Source: a virus
Lineage: Duplodnaviria; Caudoviricetes
Direction: 5' to 3' (one strand)
Virus record (IMG/VR): IMGVR_UViG_3300025114_000010
Span: 1-38,029 of that record
Length of the DNA: 38,029 nt
Part shown: positions 25,177 through 33,759 of the stretch, piece by piece
Layout: each line of letters begins with the position of its first letter
How positions within the stretch are numbered: the first letter of the stretch is position 1
Notes under the pieces: model-generated
Told to the model about the DNA's origin: nothing
The model's database searches: none
What the model saw: only the letters and a program-made list of their open reading frames with translations
Translations under genes and position numbers: made by a program

Positions 25177-25659
25177 ATGATCTTGGATGAAAGACTTGAG
25201 TTCTGCGACGATACGGACATTTCGGCATCTGCCGGCACCGCTCTCGTTGGAGACGTCATCGACCTGGAAGTTGCCCGCGACATTGGCGGTGGTCAGCCGA
25301 TCTATCTGTATATCCGTACAGGTGGCACGGAAATCATCACCGGTGGCTCAGCTGGAACACTCGGGTTCAAACTGGCATCAGACTCTGGGGCTGCGATCAG
25401 CACCTCAACGTCAACGATCCATCTTGCGACGACGCTGTTCGTCACTGATGGCACAGATGCTAATGCTGCAGAGATGAAAGTCGGCGGCACCATCTTCTTT
25501 GGGGCACTCCCAGGTGAAGGTGATCCATACGAGCGTTACGTAGGCCTCTTGGCTGTAACTGCGACGACCACGACGACTGCTGGCACGATCAATGCCGGTT
25601 TGACGTTTGATCCGTCAACGTTCTCGTCCAATAAGGTGTACGCGGACGCCACCAACTAA
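25177..25659 (+). CDS. capsid cement/decoration protein (Bbp16-like)
   Basis: MILDERLEF..., DVIDL..RDIGGG.P, ERYVGL and AGTINAGL; start ATG 25177 after AAGGAG. Confidence 0.85.
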   Translation: MILDERLEFCDDTDISASAGTALVGDVIDLEVARDIGGGQPIYLYIRTGGTEIITGGSAGTLGFKLASDSGAAISTSTSTIHLATTLFVTDGTDANAAEMKVGGTIFFGALPGEGDPYERYVGLLAVTATTTTTAGTINAGLTFDPSTFSSNKVYADATN

Positions 25660-25700
25660 AGGGTGTTAGCAGGGGAGCGGTAACACCCGCTCCCCACCCT
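25660..25700 (+). other. intergenic hairpin after the capsid genes (stabiliser or weak terminator)
   Basis: GGGGAGCGG/CCGCTCCCC stem with outer AGGGTG/CACCCT arms; no U-tract. Confidence 0.55.
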
Positions 25701-25724
25701 TGCCATTGAGAAGGAGCAATTGAT

Positions 25725-26525
25725 ATGGCATCATTCACTTCTGCTGGTGACTCTCTCGTATTGTCTGTCCCTAATAAAGGAACGACAATTGATGTGGCGA
25801 TCTCCGGCACTTACAACATGACCATCGACCTTGAGCGTGAGGTTGGGGCTGTGGGCTCTGGTGCATGGGAGTTGATTGAAAGCTATTCAACTGCCAATGC
25901 CACAGTCGCAGATACTTATACGTCTGACAATTTCAACGAGCGCATTCGGCTCTTTGTTACTGTTGACACATCAGGAACTGCGACTGCTACTCTCACCGAC
26001 AATGATGATAAGCTGAAGACCAAGTGGACTGATCAGGTTGGCAATGCTCTTATGGAGTTGCGTGATTCTGGTCTGATCCTTTATAAAGGTGTGCGTCATG
26101 GCACTGGGCATTCCGCTGTTGTTAATACAACAGAGGCCTTGGCCTTGACTGCTGCAGCTCATGCCGGTCGTATTGTCACCGCCAATCATGCAACAGGTTT
26201 TGCAATCACATTGCCTGAAGCAATTGGCAATGGTGATGTTTACACAGTCTTCTATGGTACTACCGTTGCGTCTGGTAGTGCAACAATTGTGGCTCCATCG
26301 GCCAGCACATCGTTCCTTGGTGGTTGTGGAATCTCAACCGATATCGCAGGTGTGACGATCATCTGTAATACCGGCGATGATACCATCACCATGAACGGTG
26401 GGACGACTGGCGGTCTGCTCGGTACTTGGTTCCGGTTCACAGACGTTGCCTCGGGCATCTTTATGCTTGAAGGCTTCCTCTGCTCGACTGGCTCCGAAGC
26501 TGATCCATTCAGCGCAGCCGTTTAA
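25725..26525 (+). CDS. putative head fibre/decoration structural protein
   Basis: Thr/Gly/Ala-rich beta-type composition; ITLPEA.G.G and DTITMNGGTTGG motifs; located in the capsid module. Confidence 0.65.
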   Translation: MASFTSAGDSLVLSVPNKGTTIDVAISGTYNMTIDLEREVGAVGSGAWELIESYSTANATVADTYTSDNFNERIRLFVTVDTSGTATATLTDNDDKLKTKWTDQVGNALMELRDSGLILYKGVRHGTGHSAVVNTTEALALTAAAHAGRIVTANHATGFAITLPEAIGNGDVYTVFYGTTVASGSATIVAPSASTSFLGGCGISTDIAGVTIICNTGDDTITMNGGTTGGLLGTWFRFTDVASGIFMLEGFLCSTGSEADPFSAAV

Positions 26526-26536
26526 GGAGCAGTACC

Positions 26537-26722
26537 ATGCTTGTGAACTTTAAAAGGGATTTTCATTATGGGGAGGGTCGTTTCAGGGAGCGAAATAACC
26601 CTAATGAGGTTCCAGACTCAATGGCGGACGAACTTCCCGCTGATGTAGAGATCGTTGAAGGTCCAGCGAAGAAGGCTAAAGCCAAGGCACCTAAAAAGGT
26701 CAAGGCGAAGGCAAAGGCTTAA
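26537..26722 (+). CDS. small protein with Lys/Ala-rich tail
   Basis: AAGGAG RBS; tail KKAKAKAPKKVKAKAKA. Confidence 0.75.
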   Translation: MLVNFKRDFHYGEGRFRERNNPNEVPDSMADELPADVEIVEGPAKKAKAKAPKKVKAKAKA

Positions 26723-26727
26723 GTCTA

Positions 26728-26767
26728 GAAGGGGACAGGGTTTACCTCCCTGGCCCTTGTCCCCTTC
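26728..26767 (+). terminator. hairpin, possible terminator at the end of the head module
   Basis: GAAGGGGACA-GGG / CCC-T-TGTCCCCTTC stem; poor U-tract. Confidence 0.5.
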
Positions 26768-26786
26768 GCTCTTATGAGGAATTGAA

Positions 26787-27407
26787 ATGGCAGTTAGCGA
26801 AGCACAGATTTGCAACTTGGCTCTTGCTCACATCAAGCAGACCAAGACCACAATCGCCAATCTTGATACAGACACAGGCAATACAGCTGTTCAGTGCAGG
26901 ATTCACTATGATACATGTAGGCAGTTTGTGCTCGTTGATCATAACTGGAACTTTGCAACACGCAGAGTTGGCTTGGCAGACATAAGCTCTGACCCGATGT
27001 CGCCGGTCATCTGGGGGTTCCGTTATGACTACCCATCTGACTGCCTTAAGATACAAGAGATTGAGCCTCTCAACAAGCTTAACTCTCCAACCCCATTTGC
27101 TGTTGAACAGGAAAATGATGGGTCGGGACTCAGCATCTTGACCGATCAGGAGGATGCTCGTGTTGCTTACACCACAGATGTTACCAACACCACCCTGTTC
27201 TCACCAGCCTTCATCAAGTCTCTTGGCTGGTACCTTGCCAGCGAGCTTGCCCCGGCACTGTCAGGAAGCGAGACAATTCAAGAGGCTGCACTGACAGTTT
27301 ATCGCAACACGCTCATTGCTGCCCAGGCAATCGACTCTGGCGAAGGACAAGCAGACCCAGAGCTCAATTCACCTTGGGAGCGTGCAAGAATAGGGGGACG
27401 CGCATAA
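26787..27407 (+). CDS. head-tail adaptor / tail tubular protein A-like
   Basis: ICNLAL, HNWNFATRR, YDYPSDCL and F...LASELAPAL motifs. Confidence 0.88.
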   Translation: MAVSEAQICNLALAHIKQTKTTIANLDTDTGNTAVQCRIHYDTCRQFVLVDHNWNFATRRVGLADISSDPMSPVIWGFRYDYPSDCLKIQEIEPLNKLNSPTPFAVEQENDGSGLSILTDQEDARVAYTTDVTNTTLFSPAFIKSLGWYLASELAPALSGSETIQEAALTVYRNTLIAAQAIDSGEGQADPELNSPWERARIGGRA

Positions 27408-27778
27408 TGCCAACAAAGTTGGATGCTAAACTTTTCAGAATGTTTCCCACAAATCAAAATAAATTTGATCCTGAGGGTTCAGAATATGATATGGAAACTG
27501 CTTTGAAAGCAGGAATGACTGCGAGTGAGGACCCTGGTGAAAATTTTGGTCATTTTGGTTCTGTTGTTCAGACTACAAAAAAGGAGCGAAAAAAACATAA
27601 TTTGCCTGAAGACAGTTTCTTAATTCTTAAGGGTCGTAACCATCCCACTTTTCATAAAGCTGAAGAGGCTGAAAACAAACGAGGTTTTAAGATTGTCAAA
27701 AAGGGAAAAAGATACTATTCAATTCCAGATCCCGAAGGTGAAGGCACCATGCTAAACTTTTCAACATACTCCATTTGA
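27407..27778 (+). CDS. hypothetical protein (AT-rich insertion)
   Basis: TAATG coupling; visibly more AT-rich than the flanking tail genes. Confidence 0.65.
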   Translation: MPTKLDAKLFRMFPTNQNKFDPEGSEYDMETALKAGMTASEDPGENFGHFGSVVQTTKKERKKHNLPEDSFLILKGRNHPTFHKAEEAENKRGFKIVKKGKRYYSIPDPEGEGTMLNFSTYSI

Positions 27779-27802
27779 TGAGCTTGAGAGAAGAATAAAA
27801 TA

Positions 27803-30787
27803 ATGCCATCGGAAATCCCACAAATAGCATTTTCAGGCGGCGCTATATCGCCAGCAACATTCTCACGTGCTGACCTTGCCAAGTTCGGTTCGGCGGTCAA
27901 GACGTTGCGCAACTTCTTTGTGAGGGCAGAAGGTGGTGCCTCAAACAGAGCTGGCTTCACCTATATGAAGGAAACAAAGGACAGTTCTGTTCAGTCTCGC
28001 ATCATTGGTTTTGAGTTTAACGAGGAGCAAGCTTACATCTTGGAGTTTGGCAATCTTTATTGCAGGGTGTACAGCAATGGCGGTGCCGTGCTTGAATCAA
28101 CAACTACGATATCAGGTGCAACAGTTGCCAACCCTGTTGTGATCACTGATACAGCACACCCATATTCCAATGGTGAGGAGATATTCATCACTGGTGTTGT
28201 GGGCATGACTGAGTTGAATGATAAGTTTTACAAGGTGGCCAATAAAGCCACAAACACTTACGAGCTTACAGACATTGATGATGCTAACATTGATGGATCA
28301 GCATTCACAGCCTATTCATCCGCTGGCACATCAGCAGTTGTCCACACCATCACCACACCTTACACGACTGCCGATCTTGCTAAGCTGAAGTACAGGCAAT
28401 CGAACGACACACTTTATTTAACCCATACATCTTATGCACCACGCACTTTGGTCAGGACTGGTGCAGCCAACTGGACTCTCACTGTCATAGACTTTGAGCC
28501 AGACCATACATTCCCAACAGGGATAGGTGTTACAGTTAACACCACTGGCAGCGAGACCGATATTTATATTGTGACAGCAGTGGCTGAAGAGACTGCAGAG
28601 GAAAGTCTTATTGGCATCAACAATACCACTCAGGCTATATCTGGTGCCACTGCTGCTGACCCAGTTGTGCTCACTGTTACGTCGCACCCATTCGAGGATG
28701 GGGATGAAATCCACATATCTGGCGTGGTCGGGATGACTGAGCTCAATGGTCGCCGTTTCATTGTTGCCAATGAAGCAACAAATAGCATTGAGCTTAAAGA
28801 TGAAGATGGCTCTGCACACACCACCTACAGCTCAGGTGGCTCGGCCAATCAGACATTTGTGAAAGTTACGAACAGCAACACCACGAGAGACAACACAATA
28901 GCATGGACTGCTGTTGCCGGCACTGATTCATACAACGTCTATCGAGAGGATAATGGGCTCAAAGGGTTCATTGGAGCAACAGAGGATGCTACATTCCTGG
29001 ACGACAACATTGCACCCGATCTGGATGATACCGCTCCCAAGTGGCGGCAACCATTTGAGACAGCCACCAACTACCCAGGAGCGATTGGCCTTCATGAGCA
29101 GAGGTCTGTCTTTGGCAATACAACCACAGACCCATTGACGCTCTGGATGTCACAGACATCTCAGTTTGAGAACATGAATGTGTCATCTCCAACACGAGAC
29201 GCTGACGCTGTTACAGTCAGGCTGGTGACTGGGCGAGGCAATGAGATTCGTCACTTTAGGTCTTTCCAGGACCGGCTGTTTATCTTTACATCTGGTGCTG
29301 TGTGGTCGCTGCAGCCTGGTGGTGACGTTGATGCCATAACCCCAGCCTCAAAGAAGCTGTCAATTGAAGAGTATCTTGGATCAACCGATGTGCCACCTCT
29401 GACGATTAAGTCGAACCTACTCATCTGCTCTGGCCAAGCCAACCTTGGCTTCGAAATCCACTCCCTAGGCTACAAGTTTGAGACTGATGCTTACGCTGGC
29501 TCTGACCTGACTGTCCTTGCTCGGAATTTGTTTGAAGACTACACCATCAACGAGTGGGCATACGCAGAGCGCCCATTCAGGTTTGTGGCATGCATCAGAG
29601 ACGATGGCAAGATTCTTGTCATGACCTATCTCCAGGAGCACCAGGTGTTTGCATGGAGTTTGTGGGAAGCGTCTGGAACCGATGCCGCCTTTGAGAGTAT
29701 TGCTTCTGTGCCAGAGGGTCAGGTTGACAAGATTTATGTGATTGTCAAGCGCACAATAAACGGATCAACCAAAAGATACATTGAGCATCTTCACACCAGA
29801 TCATTCACAGCCATCGAAGATGCCTTCTTTGTTGACAGTGGCCTTACTCTTGATACGCCAATCACGATCACAGGTATCACAGCTGCCAATCCTGCAGTTG
29901 TCACAGCAACTGCCCATGGCCTGACCGATGGTGATCCTGTCAAGATCAGGGATGTGTCTGGGATGACAGAGGTTAATGGGGATCAGTTCATCGTCATTGA
30001 GAAGACGACCAACACCTTTGAGATACTGGATACAGATGGTTTTCACAATGTCACTGGTGTCACAGCAGCCAACCCTGGGGTTGTCACGACACTCAGCGCC
30101 CATGGGTTCACCACTGGGGATGAGGTTGGCTTCTTGACGATTGGTGGCATGACTGAGCTGAATGGCAATGGTTACACAATCACTGTGTTAACAACAACCA
30201 CTTTTTCAATCGGAGTTGACACATCCGCATTCACTACATTTACGAATGGCGGAAAGGTATACTTGAACACTGATTCCTCAGCCTTCACAGCTTATGCCTC
30301 GGGCGGCGAGGTGCACCTGGAGGTGACATCTGTTTCTGGCCTTGATCATCTTGAAGGTGAAGCAGTTATTGCGCTTGCTGATGGCAATCTTGTCACAGGC
30401 TTGACGGTTGCAAGTGGTGCCGTCACGCTAGCCACTGCAGCATCGGTAGTTCACGTCGGGAAGAGTTACGATGGTACGATTGATAGCTTACCACTGGACC
30501 TTCCTGGCCCAGTACCGACAGTTGCAAAGCGCAAAGTTGTTAAGCAGGTGTCAGTCAGGGTTCAGGACACTCGTGGTTTGTTCATTGGGCCGGATTCAAC
30601 CGACCTTGAGGAATACCCATCAAGGTCAACCGAGCTGTGGGGTGATCCTGCTGCGACCTTGACCGATTTAATCAAGTTGCCCATCAGTGATGATTGGGCT
30701 CGAGAGGCTGGGATAACAATTAAGTCTGAACAGGGATTGCCAATGACAATACTCTCAATGATGGTGGACACCGATGTCGGATCATGA
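27803..30787 (+). CDS. tail tubular protein B / nozzle with four inserted FCCH-like beta repeats
   Basis: FSGGAISP...R.D, LEFGNLYCR, HEQR, EHQVFAW and SGLDHLEG motifs; repeats of I(S/T)GxTxANPxVxTxxxH...GMTELN. Confidence 0.9.
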   Translation: MPSEIPQIAFSGGAISPATFSRADLAKFGSAVKTLRNFFVRAEGGASNRAGFTYMKETKDSSVQSRIIGFEFNEEQAYILEFGNLYCRVYSNGGAVLESTTTISGATVANPVVITDTAHPYSNGEEIFITGVVGMTELNDKFYKVANKATNTYELTDIDDANIDGSAFTAYSSAGTSAVVHTITTPYTTADLAKLKYRQSNDTLYLTHTSYAPRTLVRTGAANWTLTVIDFEPDHTFPTGIGVTVNTTGSETDIYIVTAVAEETAEESLIGINNTTQAISGATAADPVVLTVTSHPFEDGDEIHISGVVGMTELNGRRFIVANEATNSIELKDEDGSAHTTYSSGGSANQTFVKVTNSNTTRDNTIAWTAVAGTDSYNVYREDNGLKGFIGATEDATFLDDNIAPDLDDTAPKWRQPFETATNYPGAIGLHEQRSVFGNTTTDPLTLWMSQTSQFENMNVSSPTRDADAVTVRLVTGRGNEIRHFRSFQDRLFIFTSGAVWSLQPGGDVDAITPASKKLSIEEYLGSTDVPPLTIKSNLLICSGQANLGFEIHSLGYKFETDAYAGSDLTVLARNLFEDYTINEWAYAERPFRFVACIRDDGKILVMTYLQEHQVFAWSLWEASGTDAAFESIASVPEGQVDKIYVIVKRTINGSTKRYIEHLHTRSFTAIEDAFFVDSGLTLDTPITITGITAANPAVVTATAHGLTDGDPVKIRDVSGMTEVNGDQFIVIEKTTNTFEILDTDGFHNVTGVTAANPGVVTTLSAHGFTTGDEVGFLTIGGMTELNGNGYTITVLTTTTFSIGVDTSAFTTFTNGGKVYLNTDSSAFTAYASGGEVHLEVTSVSGLDHLEGEAVIALADGNLVTGLTVASGAVTLATAASVVHVGKSYDGTIDSLPLDLPGPVPTVAKRKVVKQVSVRVQDTRGLFIGPDSTDLEEYPSRSTELWGDPAATLTDLIKLPISDDWAREAGITIKSEQGLPMTILSMMVDTDVGS

Positions 30788-31244
30788 TTATGAGATCAGA
30801 GAGTCAAAGCTGGAGGATGCATTCCTCATGGCTCACAACATGAGAGAGGTGGATGTTCAGGAAATATGGGCCTCTCACATGATCAGGCCTCTTGAGGCTC
30901 TGGTTTATTGCATTCGCAACTCTGAGAATTCAACCACTGGCTTAGTTGATGGTGAGATTGCCTGCATGTTTGGAATCATTCGTCAAAACTTATTAGGATC
31001 AGTTGGAACCATCTGGTTGCTTGGCACAGACTTGCTTAAAATGCATGGGATTCGCTTTTTGAGAGAGAATAAAAAGAAAATTGTTGAAATCTCTGAAGAA
31101 TTCACGATAATAGAAAATTATTGTGATGCTCGCAACAGGACAACGCTGAAATGGCTTGATTGGCTTGGGTTCGTAATAGAAGAAGCGAAGCCTTATGGTA
31201 TTTACAATCTCCCATTCCACCATTTTCACAAAGAGGTGGCATGA
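30774..31244 (+). CDS. GNAT-like protein (T7 gp13 / internal virion protein A-like)
   Basis: MREVDVQEI, IWLLGT and NYCDARNRTTLKWLDWLGF motifs; canonical position after the nozzle. Confidence 0.82.
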   Translation: MSDHDYEIRESKLEDAFLMAHNMREVDVQEIWASHMIRPLEALVYCIRNSENSTTGLVDGEIACMFGIIRQNLLGSVGTIWLLGTDLLKMHGIRFLRENKKKIVEISEEFTIIENYCDARNRTTLKWLDWLGFVIEEAKPYGIYNLPFHHFHKEVA

Positions 31245-31897
31245 TGTGCTTTGATGTAGTGTCTGCAGCCACCATGGCATCCATATTCGGTAAAGGTGTT
31301 GGTGCCTTGACTGCGTTTGATGTCATAGGTGTGGTCGGCACAGTTGTTTCAGCAACAAGCTCGTATCAGACTGCCACCAATCAGCAGGATCAGTACGCAT
31401 ATCAGGCTGCAGTTAACCGGAATAATGCAATTATCAGGGATCGGCAAGCAGCAGATGTGGAAGCACAAGGCAGGCAGGACGCTCAGACCCGCAAGTTATT
31501 GACAAAGGCACAAGCTGATCGTGCTTTGGTCAGCTTGGCTGGCCAAGGCGGTGATGTAACCACAGGAACCTCAATCAATCTTTTGGCTGACATCGAAGAA
31601 GCTGGCGAGCTTGACCGGCTCAAGGACATAAATAATGCAGAACGGGAAGCAAGTGCTATTCGAGCTGATGCTACCAACTTAAGAGCGAATGCAATTGCCA
31701 ATGAAAGGGCGGCTGGCTCAATAAACCCACTTCTTACAGCAGGCACCACTGCTTTGTCCGGACTTGGGACAGTGGGTGCTCAATGGTACCAGAGATCTTC
31801 CCCGTCTAATATTATCATTACCGGTGGCCAACAACCGCCATCTCGTACACTCCCTCGCGCTCGCAATAGTGAGTGGGACTTTGGGTTACTTACATAA
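31241..31897 (+). CDS. internal virion (ejection) protein, gp14-like
   Basis: (M)MCFD start after GAGGT; hydrophobic Gly/Ala N-terminus, Ala/Gln-rich helix and GGDVTTGTS. Confidence 0.78.
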   Translation: MMCFDVVSAATMASIFGKGVGALTAFDVIGVVGTVVSATSSYQTATNQQDQYAYQAAVNRNNAIIRDRQAADVEAQGRQDAQTRKLLTKAQADRALVSLAGQGGDVTTGTSINLLADIEEAGELDRLKDINNAEREASAIRADATNLRANAIANERAAGSINPLLTAGTTALSGLGTVGAQWYQRSSPSNIIITGGQQPPSRTLPRARNSEWDFGLLT

Positions 31898-33759
31898 TGG
31901 CTACAGTTCCAACACCTCTTTCTCTTGGGCAGGGCCAAGTTCAGACAACTCCTGACAGGACACCGCTGCAAAGCCCAGACATAAATGCAGTCACTGCGCC
32001 TGGTCGTATCCAAGCAGAACAGCTTAGCAATCTTGGCGGTGCCATCGCCCAGACAAGCTCCAATATTCAGCTGGCAGTTGATAAGGTGAAGAGCCGAGAG
32101 GACACCATCGATCGTGCTCGCAAGATCACACAGTTTAATAAAGAAGCAGAGAAGATTCTTCAGACTGCCAAGGACACCACAGACCTGTCATTGCCTGAGG
32201 CCATTCAAGACCTTAATACACAGCTCAGGGCCAAGCAGAACGAGCTTCTGTCAGACCATGGTGGCTCAGGCGACAGCAATGCAACTTTGGCTGCCCAGCT
32301 TGAGGTAGCAAGGTCTGGCTTTGCTAGCCTAGGAGCGCAAGAAAATGTTACACGGCAAAAGGCCATCGTCAATAACATCCTTGAAGAGAGGATGGGTGGC
32401 ATAACAGCACAGGCGTTAAGAGAGCCAGGAGGATTAGAGAAGTATTTCAAGGAGTGGGACAGCGTTGTCGCTGATATGGCTGATGGCCTGGACCCAGAGG
32501 AAGAGATAGCTCACCTAGAGGCTGGCAGGTCCGCTATCGTGTTGAGCGCCATTGATGCTTTCATAGCCAGAGGGAATTACCTTGAGGCTAAGAAGCTGAT
32601 TAATGAGAATCCATTCGTGATGAAGGCTCTTGATCCGGCACAGCAGCGTCAGGTGATGACCGAGATCGCCACAGGCCTTAAGGCTCAGGACGCATTGAAT
32701 AATGCAGGCAATCTCAAGGTTCAAGAGGCTGAGCAAATCCTTGGTCGCAAACTCAACGGCCCAGAACGGGTCAAGTTGGCTGGCCTTGCTAATACAGGAA
32801 CCCAGACTATAGCTGGGAAGATAGCAGACATTGAAAAAGCAATCGGTCGCGAACTCACTCGCGAGCAGAAAGAAGTCCTTGCTGGTCTCAGGTCCAAGCC
32901 GACAGCCGGAGGTGGCGAACTCGTCACCGAGGCGGGCAAGGCTTGGTCCGATGTTGACAGGGCCAAGGATAGGTGGGGGGAAGGATCCACACAGCACAAC
33001 GCATTGGTGGAAGTCGCAAAAGCCCTACAGAGCGGAGAAGACATCTCCGTGTCAGATGAGGGTGGCCTTCGGAAAGAATTCACGAAGCTCGCTCAGCCTT
33101 ACGTCTTAGTGCGAGACGCATACGACAAAATCGAGGTTTCGGCCAAAAACTCAACACCAGCTGGTGATATCTCTCTGATCATTGCCTATATGAAGCTGTT
33201 GGATCCAGGCTCAACTGTTCGCGAGGGTGAGTTCGCCACCGCCGAACAAGCAGGTAATGTTGGTCAACGGATTTACTCCATGTATGTAAAGCTGGTCACC
33301 TCTAAAGGTCGCCTCTCCCCTGAACAACGAAGCGACTTCGTGCAACGCTCCAAGGCGCTCATGCAAGGGTATCAGAAGAGTCACGAGCACCTCGAGGTGG
33401 TATTTAGGAAGTTAGCTAAATCCATGGGTGCGAACCCAGACCACGTCGTCATCGATTTCGTTGGCGATCGCGACCGGATCAATCAACTACTACCAGAAGA
33501 CGGCCCTGTCGATGATGTGATACCGATAGAGCCAACTGAGATTGACCTAAAGGGTGAGCCTATTGTGTCCCAGCCAAGGTCTGTCGCAGATGAAAACGGG
33601 CGTTCAGAGAGCCAGCCAGCAAAAGTGAAGCGTGATCCGAATGCGAAGATTGATTTCGATAATATGGATGCTGCAGCGTTAGGCCAAATTGACATCAAGG
33701 GACTGTCCAAGGCTGATAAGAACGCTCTCAGAAAACGTCTCAAGGAGCTTGGGCTATGA
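31897..33759 (+). CDS. putative internal virion (ejection) protein
   Basis: Large helical protein in the ejection-protein position; contains a YMKLLDPGSTVREGEF motif; start ATG 31897 (TAATG). Confidence 0.72.
   Translation: MATVPTPLSLGQGQVQTTPDRTPLQSPDINAVTAPGRIQAEQLSNLGGAIAQTSSNIQLAVDKVKSREDTIDRARKITQFNKEAEKILQTAKDTTDLSLPEAIQDLNTQLRAKQNELLSDHGGSGDSNATLAAQLEVARSGFASLGAQENVTRQKAIVNNILEERMGGITAQALREPGGLEKYFKEWDSVVADMADGLDPEEEIAHLEAGRSAIVLSAIDAFIARGNYLEAKKLINENPFVMKALDPAQQRQVMTEIATGLKAQDALNNAGNLKVQEAEQILGRKLNGPERVKLAGLANTGTQTIAGKIADIEKAIGRELTREQKEVLAGLRSKPTAGGGELVTEAGKAWSDVDRAKDRWGEGSTQHNALVEVAKALQSGEDISVSDEGGLRKEFTKLAQPYVLVRDAYDKIEVSAKNSTPAGDISLIIAYMKLLDPGSTVREGEFATAEQAGNVGQRIYSMYVKLVTSKGRLSPEQRSDFVQRSKALMQGYQKSHEHLEVVFRKLAKSMGANPDHVVIDFVGDRDRINQLLPEDGPVDDVIPIEPTEIDLKGEPIVSQPRSVADENGRSESQPAKVKRDPNAKIDFDNMDAAALGQIDIKGLSKADKNALRKRLKELGL

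Noticed and set aside
25132-25177. Programmed frameshift fusing the major capsid protein to the cement protein
   Set aside because: The +1 frame is briefly open, but there is no slippery sequence and the cement gene has its own AAGGAG RBS
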